Shown here: piece after piece, positions 28,584 to 42,866 of the stretch
How the letters are laid out: the number at the start of each line of letters is the position of its first letter
Numbering within the stretch: position 1 is the first letter of the stretch
Source of the DNA: Parasitella parasitica NRRL 2501
Lineage: Eukaryota > Fungi > Mucoromycota
DNA length: 64,000 bases
NCBI GenBank assembly: GCA_025201805.1
Contig: MU619334.1
Span: 60,888 to 124,887 of the forward strand
Reading direction: 5' to 3'
The notes under the pieces: generated by a model
Seen by the model: only the letters and a program-made list of their open reading frames with translations
What the model was told of the DNA's origin: nothing
Databases searched by the model: none
Position numbers and translations under genes: made by a program

Positions 28584-30085
28584 ATGTCTATATTGCAAAA
28601 GGGTCGTCTTTCTGTTGTCCTTGGTGCTCAATGGGGTGATGAGGGTAAGGGCAAGTTGTCCGACATCCTTTGTGGTGAAGCTGACGTCTGTGCTCGCTGT
28701 GCTGTAAGTCCAATGTATATTGCGGTAAGATTTTGCGACCTCTAATGTTTGTGGTATGAAATAGGGCGGTAACAATGCTGGCCATACTATTGTTGTCAAC
28801 GACATCAAATATGATTTCCACATGCTGCCTTCTGGTAAGCCTATGCGCTGCGTTTGTATACGCCATGCGCTAACATTCCTTTTTATCTTTCAGGTTTAAT
28901 CAATCCCAACTGCACTGCTTTGATTGGTAACGGTGTTGTCGTCCATTTGCCCTCATTTTTTGAGGAAAAGGCCAAGCTTGAAGCTAAGGGTAAGTTTTCA
29001 TTGCAGGAAAATTGTGCAAAAGGAGAAAAGAGAGCTGGAAAATGTATATAGCTTATTCACCACATGCTTTTTAAATAGGCCTCAACTGTGAAGGTCGTCT
29101 CCTCCTGTCCGACCGTGCACATCTCGTTTTCGATCTCCATCAAAAGGTAGATGGTCTCAAGGAGATCGAGTTGGGCCGTGGCAGCATTGGCACAACTGGT
29201 AAGGGTATTGGCCCTACCTACTCTGCCAAGGCTTCGCGTTCTGGTATCCGTGTCCACCATCTTTACGACTTTGAAGAGTTCTCTGCTCGTTTCAGAACCA
29301 TGGTTGAAAACAAGCACAAGCGTTACGGTGATTTTGAGTACGATGTTGAGGCCGAGCTCAAGCGTTACAAGGAACTCGCTGAACGTGTTAGACCTTATGT
29401 CATTGACACCGTCCCTTATCTTCATAAGCAAATCAAGGATGGCAAGCGCATTCTCGTCGAAGGTGCCAATGCTTTGATGCTCGACATCGATTTCGGTACT
29501 TATCCTTATGTCACATCTTCTGCAACCTCAATTGGTGGCGTATGCACTGGTCTCGGCGTTCCACCTAGCATGGTTGATAAGGTCATTGGTGTTGTGAAGG
29601 CTTATTGTACTCGTGTTGGCGGCGGTCCCTTCCCCACTGAGCAATTGAACAAGACTGGAGAGCATCTCCAGACCGTCGGTTTTGAAGTTGGTGTTACTAC
29701 TGGTCGTAAGCGTCGTTGTGGATGGTTAGATCTTGTCGTTGTCAACTACTCCACTATGATCAACGGTTATACTAGTTTCAACTTGACCAAGCTCGACATT
29801 CTTGACCAGTTGCCTACTATTAAAGTCGCTGTTGCATATCATTTGGATGGCAAGAAGCTGGATTCCTTCCCTGCTGATCTTTCTCTTCTTGAGAAGGTTG
29901 AGGTCGAATACGTTGATCTTCCTGGCTGGGAGACTGACATTTCAAAATGTACAGAGTATAAAAACCTTCCTGAAAACGCAAAGCGCTACATTGCTTTCAT
30001 TGAAAAGGAGACTGGTGTCCCAGTTGAATGGATTGGCGTCGGTCCCGGCAGAGAAGCCATGATTCACAAGCCTGTTTCCAACTAG
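28584..30085 (+). CDS. ADE12: Adenylosuccinate synthetase (4 exons)
   Basis: [52 protein letters not shown] and [14 protein letters not shown]. Confidence 0.97.
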
Positions 30086-30474
30086 AGAAAGCGGCAACAA
30101 CTACCATATACTACACCATCGTTTTTGCACATAGATTAACTTTTTTTTTATCACTCTCCTTAAAACACTCATTGTCATTTTTTTTTAATAATTGTATACA
30201 TCCAGTGTAAAGAATCGACATCTTACATCTTTAATGGTTACTGGTGACTTGATTTCGTGCCTCAACAAGGGTTATGGTTCGATACGGTATTACATAATTA
30301 CACATTGGCATGTGAAAACTTTACTAAACAATTGACAAATAATACCTTTTCATTTATATTATTCCTCGCTTTTTTTTTCCCATCTTAACTTATACCTGCA
30401 ATATTATTATCATAATTAATTCAATTGTCAAAGCTAATTTAAAATAGTTAGACATACAGAAATAAAAGAAAGCC

Positions 30475-31384
30475 ATGGCCTCAGCAGTAAACAAACCTAC
30501 AGGAACACTGAGAAACTCAAAGTTATTACCCTCATGGCTTTTGAAATTAATTGGAATCACCTCTTTGGCAACTGCCATAATAAGTTTTGCAGTATATTGG
30601 TTTAAAAAGTACCCCCCACGCCGTAAAATTGGTTCTAGTGATGATGAGGAGCCCAGCAACAATACCAACAACAATCATACTAATCTAACAGAGGTATGTA
30701 GATTGTCACTCCTCACGCCTAATTATTATGACTCATCTTATATTTTGTTTGTACAGAATCCCACAAATAGATGGAGCAATAAGCTTTTGAATAGCTTGAA
30801 ATCAAAGGTTCGAAAGAATAGAAAAAGAATGACCATCTCATTAAAAAATGTAAGATCACCTTTAGTTCCAAATTTAAGAGGATATGAATTAACCTAAAAC
30901 TTAGACTGTACTTTGGAATCCGTCGCCTGATGTAGAGACACCCATCTATGCATTCCAAGAACACAGCATCCAACTACTAAATGGATTATCCTGTTTATAC
31001 GACATTCATGTTATTGTTCATGTCAATTCAAAAGAAGAGCAATCTCACATTGAAGAATTGTTGGGGAATGCTGCCGTATTTTCAGATTTACTCGATCATC
31101 GTAAAGTCATATACTGTTCAGAAGAAGAAGGCAAAATCCATATTATTCGACACATTGAACCGCATATCCATATCGAAGGCGGTTGGGAAAAGGATGATGG
31201 CGAGGATATTGTTAAAGCATTGAAACCCCATGTCTCCAAAATCATTTGGCTGATGACAAAGAGAAGACGGGATTCGTTTAGACCTGAAAATATAAAGCAA
31301 GAGGACCGCTCCATAGTAGGTACGAACGTCGAATTGTCAGACTCACTGATAAATACATCCATTGCGCAAGAAGTTATACAATAA
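30475..31384 (+). CDS. Pex22-like peroxisomal membrane anchor (N-terminal TM + HAD-like fold; 3 exons)
   Basis: TM segment LIGITSLATAIISFAVYWF, KRMTISLKNTVLWNPS, and HRKVIYCSEEEGKIHIIRHIEPHIHIEG resembling the plant-type PEX22 C-terminus. Confidence 0.65.
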
Positions 31385-32200
31385 AAGATACATGTATTTC
31401 TCAGCCGAAATCTCTCTTATACTGTTTAAAGTGCTCAATGTGACATGTGTTGCATGCAGAATAATTAAGTTACATTTTGAAAGGCAAGGTCCCAATTCTA
31501 GATGAATATTTTGACGACGGATGTTTCACCCTGAGATCTGACATCTTTTTAGGCCTAATGGATGCATATTGGCATTTTAACCCTTCCTGCTGTTGTCCTT
31601 TTGTGTAATGACCTTGCAGAAATTCTTTGTTTCCTGATTTGAATAAAGCGAGTGTCACAAAAATCCTAAATGCCTGCATCCATTTAGTTTGAGAGAAGTT
31701 TAGCAACAGCAAAGAAACAATTATAGACAATGGTTACGTTCATATTCATTTTATAACAATAATATATATACGCGAATAACATTAATAATCCACGAAAACC
31801 AATGGAGATTCATATTTGCATTCATCACGTCGACTCCTTTACGTGCGCATGATTTGATTATGTAGAGTGGTACTGCATCACGAGTTAATGATGCCTCCAC
31901 AGAACTTATAATTTCATACAAAAACTACCTTCGATTGCATAAAAAAACAATTTGATAATAAAGACTTGCAATGATTGTATTTTTCAAAAATTTATGCATT
32001 CTGTTTAAGCTGTCTTCTTGGAGGAGCTATCAGCTCCTGTATCAAACATCATCGAACAAAGAAAGAAAGGAAAGGAGGTGGTACATGGTAATACTTGCTC
32101 TTTTTAGTATTCAAATCAAAACATTTAACTATAAATTTTGCATGCTCATTGTTGCATTATTTTTATTTTCTCATTTTCTTTTTATTACAACGTATTCAAT

Positions 32201-33670
32201 ATGCAATGCTGCTTGGGCCTATTATTGTTGACCTCTTTAACTACAAGTGCACTAGCAGATAAAATAATAAGGTTTCCCATCATTGAGCAACCTACTCCAC
32301 AGATAGCAAAAAGAGACATAGGAGTCGCTTCATTGTTCAACTTCAATGCTAGAGAATACATCATCGAAATTGGTTTGGGCACACCCGTGCAAAAATTTAA
32401 CGTAACTCTTGATACCGGAAGGTATATATTAAACAAAAAAAACCCTTCATGTCTGTCGAATACTAATTAAGATATTTAAAGTTCAGGGCTATGGGTTCCT
32501 TCATCCACATGTCCAACGACAAACTGCCTATATTCAAGATTTAACGAGAAAAATTCATCTACACTGAACCAAACAGGGAAAGCATTCGACACTCAATATG
32601 GCAGTGGGTCAGCCAAAGGACTGTTGGCGTACGAATCTATTACTGTAATCAAAGTAGAAAATCAAAATGACACTATTACCAACTGGACCTCGCCAAATCA
32701 TCTCATCGGGCTTGCAAACACTACATCGGGGATGTATACTTCACCTTCAAACACAAGAGTCAGCGGTATCTTGGGTCTTGGTTTGAGAGGCCTGCAAGGG
32801 GATCCGTCAGAGTTGTCATTCGTAGAAAAATTGTATAATAATGGCGTGATTGATGATGCTGTATTTTCTATTTTTTTGAACAAACAGGCTAACCATGGAT
32901 ATACTGGCGAGATTGTTTTTGGTGGCCTTGATGAGGGACGGCTTGTGGGTAACAATGTCAGCGCTATAGATTTGCTTAAATACAACAGAGAAGGTCGACC
33001 TAATATCGGCTTATCATACCGAAAGAATACCACAGATATGACATTCAAATATTGGGCAGTTGCTGGTCAGGGTGTGTCAAGCAACAAAATCAAACAATCC
33101 CAAATCTTCAAAACCAAATATAAAGACGTTGTGCCAGTAATATTAGATACAGGAACCACACTTTCGTATCTACCAGAGCAGGATGTAATAGGCATACTCG
33201 AGACAATCACCAAAGACTACGTGCCTCTTGAGCTCAATGGAGGAGCATCTCAAGGCTATCAAGTGAACTGCAGTGATTTCACCAAGCAAGACATGTGGTT
33301 TGACTTTGGCCTCACAGAGGCCAGAGGCTTTACTGATGAGCCAGCTATTATTCGTGTACCCCTCGTAGAAATGGCTTTACCCCAAGACGCAGAAGACATT
33401 AATTCAGCAACTTCATGTTTATTTGGACTTGCACCTATTTCTAATAATTCTCCTCATGGTTATGGATGGATTCTCGGACAAACAGTTTTGCGAAGTGCTT
33501 ATGTGGTATATAACATGGCGGATTATACGGTGTGGATTGGACAAGCTGAAAATAACTATACTATACCTGATGTTTTCCGATCATTGTCGGTTACTAATCT
33601 TGCATGTCATGAACACTATTACATGGTGATCTTGTCCCTTTCAATCATTATAATGAGCAATTTTGTTTAG
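32201..33670 (+). CDS. Secreted A1 (pepsin-like) aspartic protease, possible GPI anchor (2 exons)
   Basis: Signal peptide, KR propeptide site, VTLDTGS, GILGLG, ILDTGTT, WILGQTVLRSAYVVY and a hydrophobic tail. Confidence 0.92.
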
Positions 33671-34070
33671 CTAGTGTATCATGACAATGACCCTTTTTAT
33701 ATATTAATAAATTGCGATAACTATATTTAGCTTTTTTTTTTTTTTATTATTTTTTTTTTCTGTATCGCCAAGCGAGAGAATGAATGTAAAATGTTAAAAC
33801 TCATTTGGTTTACATACAACAACAAAGTGAGGCAGAAAGGATAAAAGATATCCACAGACAATTCTCTTGGCAAACAACTACCGTAATTTTTTAAAGTTAA
33901 TAAATTTTAAACTAAAGAAATTGACGTCTTTGTTGTCATGGTTTCCTAATGTGATGATCTTCGTTGGGCTCATTGCCCAACAAATCCATTTAAAAACCTT
34001 GAGTTCTTGCTTTTTGTCTTCTAATTTGTTTCCCCTTTTCTCTTTCTTGTATCTATTTTTTTAATTCATT

Positions 34071-35688
34071 ATGTACATCAGCTCTAATTTCGCTACGCTA
34101 CTGCTTATCAGCACCTCTCTAATGACTGGATACACAGACGCTGCTCCATCAAACGTACATGCCAACAAGATAATTCGATTGCCTATTCGCCGACAAGCGA
34201 GGCCCGACCCTGTCATTTCATCAATGCAGCAGCAGACTGGCTTGAGTAAAAGAGACCCATCCGCTGCTGCGTTATACAATGAGGCTGGCTCACAGTATCT
34301 TGTTGATGTAAGCATAGGCACGCCTGCGCAGAATTTCTCTGTGACATTGGATACTGGAAGGTGTGTAGAACAGACTTTTTTTTTTGTAAATAGTATGCTC
34401 AATTAATTGATTGTCTAATAGTGCTGATTTGTGGGTTCCAGGTTCTTCTTGCTCACAAGCAGATTGTCCAAACGGTCATTTTGATCAAACTGCCTCGACC
34501 ACATTCAAATCCCTCGACAAAGACTTTGCGCTTGTGTATGGCATCGGCGCTGTCAATGGCACATATGTAACTGACACTGTCACAGTAGCTGGTGCTACTG
34601 TGCATAATCAGCAGTTTGCATTAGCTTCCACAACATCCCAACTCTTGACAAACACGAACCTTATCACCGCATCTCAAGCTAGATCGAATGAATCGCTGAG
34701 CACACGAGCACTAGCTTCCACTGCTACTACTGAAAACCCCGTAGCAAACGGTATTCTTGGCCTCGGTTACCCAAAATTGACCGGTTCATCAAGCAAAGGT
34801 CTAGGCGTGTACAACCCCTTTGTATTCAACCTGGTAGCAAATGATGTTATTTCAGACCCTGTTTTCTCCATTTACCTAAACAAGGCAAGCCCTTACGGCT
34901 GGGTAGGCGAAATCATCTTTGGTGGCGTCGATTCCACAAAATATACAGGAAACCTAACCTATCTTCCTGTTGCTTCTCTTTCCTCCACAAAATCATCGGG
35001 CAAGAAACGGGCCTCTCTTCCCGACAATGATAGTAATTACTACTGGATGGTTGGAGCCCAAGGTGTCGCCGTAGCAGATTCCTCCTCTGCTGCTGCCCCC
35101 AATACCACTGCAAATAGCACTGAGTCCAATGTCGTTCTTGACCTTCCCTTTTCTTCCCCTAGCGCTTTCATTTTAGATACTGGAACCACCTTGACTTACT
35201 TGCCATCTGCTATGGCTCAAAAAATTGTTGAAGCATTCGCTGGACAAGACTACTCTCTTGATGAAAATTCTGGCACTTATATTGTCAACTGCGAAGCTGC
35301 TAAATCTACTGCTCAGCTGGAACTGAAGATGGCATCTTCAGCAACTGCTGAACCTGTTGTCGTATCTGTACCTGCCTCTCAGCTGGTCCTTCCCTTGGAT
35401 GGTGCCTCTGCTGAGAGTGCCATGTACTGCTTCTTTGGCGTTGCTCCTATCGCCACTTCGAGCATTGGAAACAATTTGTATTTAGTGGGTGACTCTGTGC
35501 TGCGCAGTATATACATGGTTTACGATCTGGGCCAAAATAGAGTCGGTATTGCTGCTGCTGCTGGTGTAGCTGGTTCTGTTAAAGGCATTTCTAATGTGTC
35601 TACGAGCAGCAGCTCCTCGTTGCCGAAAGAAAATCACATTATGATTGCTTTGGTCAGCTGTTTATTCGCGGTTGTCTTGTCCTTCTAA
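34071..35688 (+). CDS. Secreted A1 aspartic protease, possible GPI anchor (2 exons)
   Basis: VTLDTGSADLWVP, NGILGLGYP, ILDTGTT, LVGDSVLRSIYMVYD, a Ser-rich omega-like region and a hydrophobic C-terminus. Confidence 0.93.
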
Positions 35689-36678
35689 AAAATTCATCTT
35701 TTTTTTGTTGTAAATAATAATATGTACAAGTGTAAAATGTAAACATAACATAATTCGAGAGTAAATAAAACTGGGAGTGTTTTTTTTTTTTTTTTTTTTT
35801 GCTTATAACTCATATTCCTATACAACCTTTTTTCACACAAGCATTGCAGCCAAGAGCTGTCATTGTCATCATACAGTAATAGGTGGTGGTGAAAAATTTC
35901 AAACCCGGTCTGCCTTTATCATATACTGCCTTTGGTCAGTCGAGTCAAGTAGATTTAAAAAAAGATTTGGATGTCTTTGGAGCTTTTACTTCAACAACTT
36001 TAAATTTTATTAATAAAGCACACATTGTATGTTTGTAAATTTTTGTCAAGAATTTGAATACATATCTGATGGCATAGTATAAACTTGATTTGCATCAAAA
36101 AATCTGCGTTTGGAGAGAATTTTTTTTGCTTAAAATGGCAATTTCACATGATGAAACTTTAAAAAATACAAACCTATCGATCCTGCCTGTAAATGCATCA
36201 GTTAATAACTACGAATATTTCATTGTTCAAAAAAGTCAAGCTTCAGGTGGGCAAAAATTGATTTTCACCAATAAAGTTTAGGTGGTTAAGACTATTAATA
36301 AACATTAATTATACGCAATTATAATCTAAAGCATACTAAAATACATTGTCTTTTCATTGATGCAATGTGCTTACATTAAGGACTTTTTTCGATGAGTACT
36401 GATAATTAAATTAATGAGTGTAATAATAGAATGTGAGATTTCATTGTTTAATATATGGTGGCAGAAACAAAGAAAAAAAAAAACTTGACAAATAGAGCAG
36501 CAAATACGGGCTACAATAAGGATGGCATTGATATAAATTATGTTCAATGTAAAAATGTTATTTTTGCATCATATGTAGATGCTGTAGTCATAGCACCAAT
36601 CAAAAATTTATCTAAAGGCAAAATCAACAAAATCGTCATGGCAACCAACATTTGGATCAAGAAACTGACAGAATTACT

Positions 36679-36721
36679 ATAGCAACCAAACAGATAAATT
36701 GCTATGGAGTTTGGTTGCTAT
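36679..36721. promoter_or_regulatory. 13-bp inverted repeat of X-box-like half sites upstream of BMS1
   Basis: ATAGCAACCAAAC...GTTTGGTTGCTAT is a perfect inverted pair. Related motif GTCATGGCAAC at ~36635. Confidence 0.35.
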
Positions 36722-36845
36722 GATCTACAAGTGAATTCGATCAACCGGTGACTGTTTTAACCCAAAAAAAAAGCTTCAAAAAAAAAAAAAAAAAAAAATT
36801 TGACACATTTTGCACCTTTCAACTTTCAGTTTTTCTATATCAAAT

Positions 36846-39800
36846 ATGGAGGAAAGAACTCAAAAGCCGCATATTAAGAAGAAGACTGGAAAGAAAATTG
36901 AGCGCAAAAAGGAAAATAAGTTTTCCAATGCTAAAAAGTCAAGCAATCCCAAGGCATTTACCTTTCAGAGTGCTGGAAAAGCCGAGAAAAATGTTCGAAG
37001 AAATAATGATCTTGGTGAAAAGAAGCTTCATGTTCCTATGGTGGATCGTACACCTATTGAATCGCCTCCTGTTGTCATTGCTGTTGTTGGTCCTCCCGGT
37101 GTAAGTCTATTTTATTCAATATAACTTGCAATAACTCATTAATTTTCTTGTTGAAAGACTGGTAAATCAACATTGATCCGTTCTTTGGTTAAACGTTATA
37201 CAAAGCACAATTTGAATGAAATCAAGGGCCCCATTACTGTTGTTAGCGGTAAAAAGAGACGCTTGACATTTATGGAGTGTAACAACGATATGAATTCTAT
37301 GATTGATGTTGCTAAAGTTGCTGATCTTGTCTTGTTGATGATTGATGCCAGTTTTGGGTTTGAAATGGTAAGATTCTTGTAAATCACAGCATCCATTGTT
37401 TCGAGTGTCCTTAATTGTAGCTTTTTCTATAGGAAACCTTTGAATTTTTGAATATTTTGCAATCTCATGGCTTCCCCAAAGTTATGGGCGTCCTTACTCA
37501 CCTGGATAAATTTCGCAACAACAAAACACTCAAAACTACCAAGAAGCGTTTGAAGAATCGTTTTTGGACTGAAATCTATCAGGGCGCCAAGTTGTTTTAT
37601 CTCTCTGGTATAATCAATGGCAGATATCCCAACATGGAAATCCAAAACTTGTCTCGTTTTATTTCTGTCATGAAGTTCAGACCTCTTGTCTGGCGCAACA
37701 CACATCCTTATATAGTTGTTGATCGTATCGAAGATTTAACCGACCCTGAATTGCTGCATCGTAAACCTAATTGCGATCGAACCGTTACCTTGTACGGTTA
37801 TTTACGTGGAACCAACCTCAAGCCCAACATGCGTGTTCATATTCCTGGTGCCGGTGATCATTATTTAGCTGATGTTTCTATACTGCCAGATCCTTGTCCC
37901 TTGCCTGATAAGGAGCGTAAGCGTCTGGATGAAAAGAATAAGCTGATCTATGCTCCCATGTCTGACGTTGGTGGTGTCATGTATGACAAAGATGCTGTTT
38001 ACATTAACGTTCCTGGACATTTCACAAAGAAATCGGCTTATGCTCCTGTGGAAACTAATGAGGATGGCACAGAAGAACTAGTTGAACAAGAAGACGAAGA
38101 AATAATTCCTTCTGGCACTGGTGAGAAATTAGTAATGAACCTTCAAGATGCTCAGGATACATTAGCCTCTCAATTGGAAGACTCTGAATTGCGTATCTTT
38201 TCCGGCGCTGCTCCTGTCAGAGCTGCGGATGTCAAGGAATCTTTGGAGGAAGATGACAGTGGTAGAACTCGTAGACGTGCTGTATTCGGCAATGAAGAAG
38301 AAGATGAGGAAATGGACGATGAAGATGATGATGAGGATGATGATGACGATCTCATGGATGAAGGGGATGATGATGACGATGACAACGATGATGATGAAGA
38401 AAATACTCCACACCGTGGTAAAGCATTGAGTAAATTTGATACTAGAAATATTCCCAAGAAAAGTGACAAGGACGAAAAAAAAGAAGATGGTCAAGAGCCT
38501 GATTTTGAGTTTGCCGACAGCGATAGTGATTTGGGTGGGGATGATGACGATGACGAAGAGATGGTTATGGTAAATGGCCGTCGAAAGAGAAACTCTGATG
38601 ATGAGGATGAAGACCTTGCTGGTGAACTTCGTTGGAAGGCTGACCTCCAACAAAAAGCTAGTGAAATGTTCTCTAACCATAGACGTACCAACTTGATGTC
38701 ACTGATTTACAACAACCTCGAACTCACACCAGAAGATATCCTTAAAGGAAACTATGGCGATGAGGCTAACCAAGGAGAGGATGAAGCAGAGAATGCGGAG
38801 GATGAAGAATTCTTTAACCTGAAACGTGAAAGCGCAAATACGACCGAAGTCATCGATAGTACTCGTGATCCTATTGATTTTGAGGAGTTAGAGGAATGGG
38901 ATGATGAAGATACGTTAGATTCCATTAAAAATCGCTTCATTACTGGTGACATAAATACTGGCAATGGTGAAAGTGCATTTGCTCCTGAAGAAGATGAGGA
39001 GGAGGGCGATTTTGAAGATCTCGAAGCTGGGGACAACGACAAAGAGCTTGGCAATGAAGATGTCGGTAAAAGCAAGAAGAGAGATAAGGAAGCTATGATC
39101 CGCGATCCCATGATGGTTGAACGTGAAAAGATTGCTAAACGAAAAGAAGAACTTCGCAGAAAGTACGAAGAAGAGTTTGGTGATGAGGACGATGGACCCA
39201 AGATGGACTTTTATGAGAAGAAGAAGGCTGAAATAGAGCAGCAACTAGAAATGAATCGCATTGAATTCGAGAACGACGATCCTCAAACCAGAGCCATGGT
39301 ACAAGGTTATAACCCTGGTAGCTATGTTCGTCTTTTGATCAAGGAGATGCCTTGTGAATTTGTGGAAAACTTTGACCCCACTTATCCTGTGCTTGTTGGT
39401 GGCCTCCTAACTACTGAAGATCAATTTGGTTGGGTCCAAGTTAGAATAAAACGCCATCGTTGGCATCCAAAGATCCTCAAGACTAATGATCCTCTTATTT
39501 TCTCAATGGGCTGGAGACGTTTCCAGAGTATTCCCATCTACTCCCTTAATGACGGTACTCGTAACCGTATGTTGAAATACACACCTGAACATATGCATTG
39601 TCTTGCTACATTCTATGGTCCTGTACATACTCCCAATACTGGTTTCTGCGCTGTACAAAATGTTGCCGATAGTAAAGCTGTATGTATTACATTAAAAATC
39701 CCCCAAAATGTCGATACTAATGACAATTGTTAGGCATCCTTCCGTATAAGCGCAACAGGTGTTGTTGTAGATATCAGTCAATCTGCCGAGATTGTCAAAA

Positions 39801-40656
39801 AACTAAAATTGACTGGTCATCCCACGAAAGTCTTTAGAAATACAGCATTTATCAAAGATATGTTCACATCTTCACTGGAAGTTGCTAAATTTGAAGGCGC
39901 CAACATTCGAACCGTTTCTGGTATTCGTGGTCAAGTAAAAAAGGCATTGCCTAAGCCCGAGGGTCATTTCCGTGCTACATTCGAAGATAAGGTGTTGATG
40001 AGTGGTACGATATGATCAATAGTAGCATTGAAGTGAACGGTGAAAACTAATATTGTTTCCTAGATATTGTATTCTTGAGAGCTTGGTATCCAATTAAGCC
40101 TCGTAAATTTTATAATCCTGTTACATCTTTACTACTATCTTCCAAGCAGAAATGGCAAGGCATGCGTACAACTGGTCAAGTTAGAAAGGAATTAAGTATG
40201 CATGCCCCTCAAAATGTAGACTCGATATACAAGGTAACGTTATTTGCTGTCATTTTTGTTGCTTGACCATACCAACAATTTTTTGTTCAGCCTATCGTAA
40301 GAAAGGAACGCAGATTCAACGCATTGAAGGTCCCTAAATCACTCCAAGCTGATTTGCCATTTGCAAATAAACCCAAACAAGCAGCGAAGAACAAAAAGCA
40401 ATCTTATTTAAGCAAGAGAGCTGTTGTTCTCGAGCCAGAAGAAAAGAAGATTGTCACATTAATGCAACAATTAAACACACTTCGGAATGAAAAAGATCGT
40501 AAGCGTAAGATCAAAAATTCAGAACGTCTTGAGATGGTCGAAAAGAAGAGAGCAAAGATTGCTGAAACCAATGAAACGAAAACCAAAGAGCGTCGTAAGG
40601 ATTACTTTCGTAAAGAACAGCAAAAAACCACTAGAACTGCCAATGCTACTCGATAA
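36846..40656 (+). CDS. BMS1: Ribosome biogenesis GTPase Bms1 (multi-exon)
   Basis: [70 protein letters not shown] and [14 protein letters not shown]. Confidence 0.97.
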
Positions 40657-41116
40657 ATTACTGAAGCATTTGCATTTTATAAATAATTTCGTGTTTCAAT
40701 AAAAACACCATTGAAGGTGAAGGCAAAAAAATTATATACAATCATTAAATGAGCCATGAACCGACGTATAGTTTACAGTATCTATACTTCAACGGTGTTA
40801 ATTTTTTTCTGGATGAATCAAAGATTAATTTTTAGGGGATATGTTTACCTTTGACAAAGAGGATTAAACGATGCAAATTCTTATTGTGTTCCCGCAACAT
40901 ACTGCTGAGATTGAATTTACCACGGCGAATATAGGCCTTCAGCAGTGAAGCACCAATTTCAATTGAGGAGCAAAACATAAAGTTCATAAGCAATATGATT
41001 ATACCTTTATATGAATAAATATCCAATAAGCTGTAAAATATTGCCTCAGAATTTTTTTACGTAGCTTCATGTTTTGGTTAATATAAACGCCACCTAATAA
41101 TGGCCATCACCTTTTT

Positions 41117-42866
41117 CTCCGCTTAAAGGCTTATAATGCAATCTCTGATATCTTTACAGACTATTAAGTGATAGACACAACCTTCAGCCAACGCTTTCTT
41201 TTTTTGCAACATTCTACAACATATCCGAGTTTCATGCATCCCTGAACATTTTACAGATTTTACTTTGTTTGGACCCCAAACCTCAGATTTGATTTTCAAT
41301 TTTCGACCTCGAGTCGATCTTCAGGGTCATTTTTAGTTACGGATTTGGGGTCCAAACTAAGAATATAAGCTCATACTAGTATGATAAGTGTACCTCATTA
41401 CGTCTTCCGATTCTCGATATCTATCTTTGCTGTCGAGATATTGCCAAAACTAGATTTTGCAGATTTTACAGCATATGTTCCTATGACAAGTACCAAATTT
41501 TGCTATTGAACCATGTTTAAGTTCCTAAGTCAAGTAATAAAGCAAGTTTTGGTATGCCTACTGGTATTAAATATGTCGTATGTAAACTCGAATTACACAA
41601 GCTTGAGCCAATTTTGTCTTTTTATGTTAAACTTTGTTCCACTGTTTCTCAACAAACTACTAGGACACTTTGGCTTGAGTGATTATTAAAATCTTTTTTA
41701 AACCTAATTTTCTACTAGATGTATTTGTTTTTAGATGGATATGTGAAACAAATTTTTTTTCATATGTTTTTAGCAGAGGCTTGAGTTATTTTCATAACTT
41801 TCAGAGCAATAAATAATATTCAAAGATACATGATATAGCAACAAAACAATAGAGATACAACATAGCTACTGAATTGTTTTTGTTTGGTCAAAAAATGCCG
41901 ATTTTTGAGCGAGATAATCACAAAAAACAGAATTTGGTTTTACCCTTTTGAATGGCTCCAATTTGGCCCTATGAGTCTAGGGACGAAAAAATGTTGATTG
42001 GTTTTGGTCAAGACAAAATTTTAATTTTTGGCACAAATAATAGAGCTAACTTTATGAAAAAAATATTGACGTGTAGGTATTGATATGGTGGTTTGTTTTA
42101 TTAACATTATAGAGCTTTAAGTGCTCAAAGCATGCTCACTTTTGCTCAAAAACTATAAAATATAGCGTTTTTTGAATATTTGAAAATTGGTAGTAAGAAA
42201 AGGTATTTGATAAGCCTTGTAATCTATATAGTTAAATGCAGAATTTATTTTTTGTTATAAAACACTTAATACGCAAATCCGATATACCTATTACGTTCTT
42301 GAGATATCTAGCAATGTACAATGCTAGAAAAAGCTCAAAACTGGTTTGGATCAAATGGAAACATAGTGCTGAGATTCAATCTACAGCCTATTTTTTTTTT
42401 TCGCTGTAAATGAGTGCACCATCTATTTTCAATGGAAGAGCAAAGCTTGATTTTACTATGCCTCAATATGAATCGATAGTTGAGATACTGTCTAATATGG
42501 GCACAAAAACCATATTTGTATACCTTCATTTTTTAGATGAAATAATTTCCACCAAATCTGAAATATTACCTTTTCCCCCGCTTAAAGGCCTATCATGCAA
42601 TCTCTGACATCTTAAATGATTGAGATACAACCTTAGCCAAATTCTCCTTTTTTTGCAACATTCTACAAATAATGTATCTGAGACCATTTTTCTGTTTGGA
42701 CCCGAAACCTCATATTCAATTTTCAATTTTCAACTTTGGGACAACCTTCAAGGTCACTTTTAGGTAGGTATTCGGGGACCAAGCTAAGGGTATATCTTGA
42801 AACTAGTACCTCATCACGTTTTCGGATTGTCAATCTGTACCTTGTTGGCGAGATATCACCAAAAAA
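41117..42866. mobile_element. Non-coding repeat region with two diverged direct copies (~41117-41450, ~42578-42865), probably non-autonomous transposon remnants
   Basis: Both copies begin CCGCTTAAAGGC.TAT.ATGCAATCTCTGA and share TTTTGCAACATTCTACAA, TTTGGACCC.AAACCTCA, TTTTCAATTTTC, GTACCTCAT and CGAGATAT. Confidence 0.6.

Noticed and set aside
38162-39244. Ser-rich and Ile/Phe-rich antisense ORFs
   Set aside because: Shadows of the acidic GAT/GAA-rich region of BMS1.
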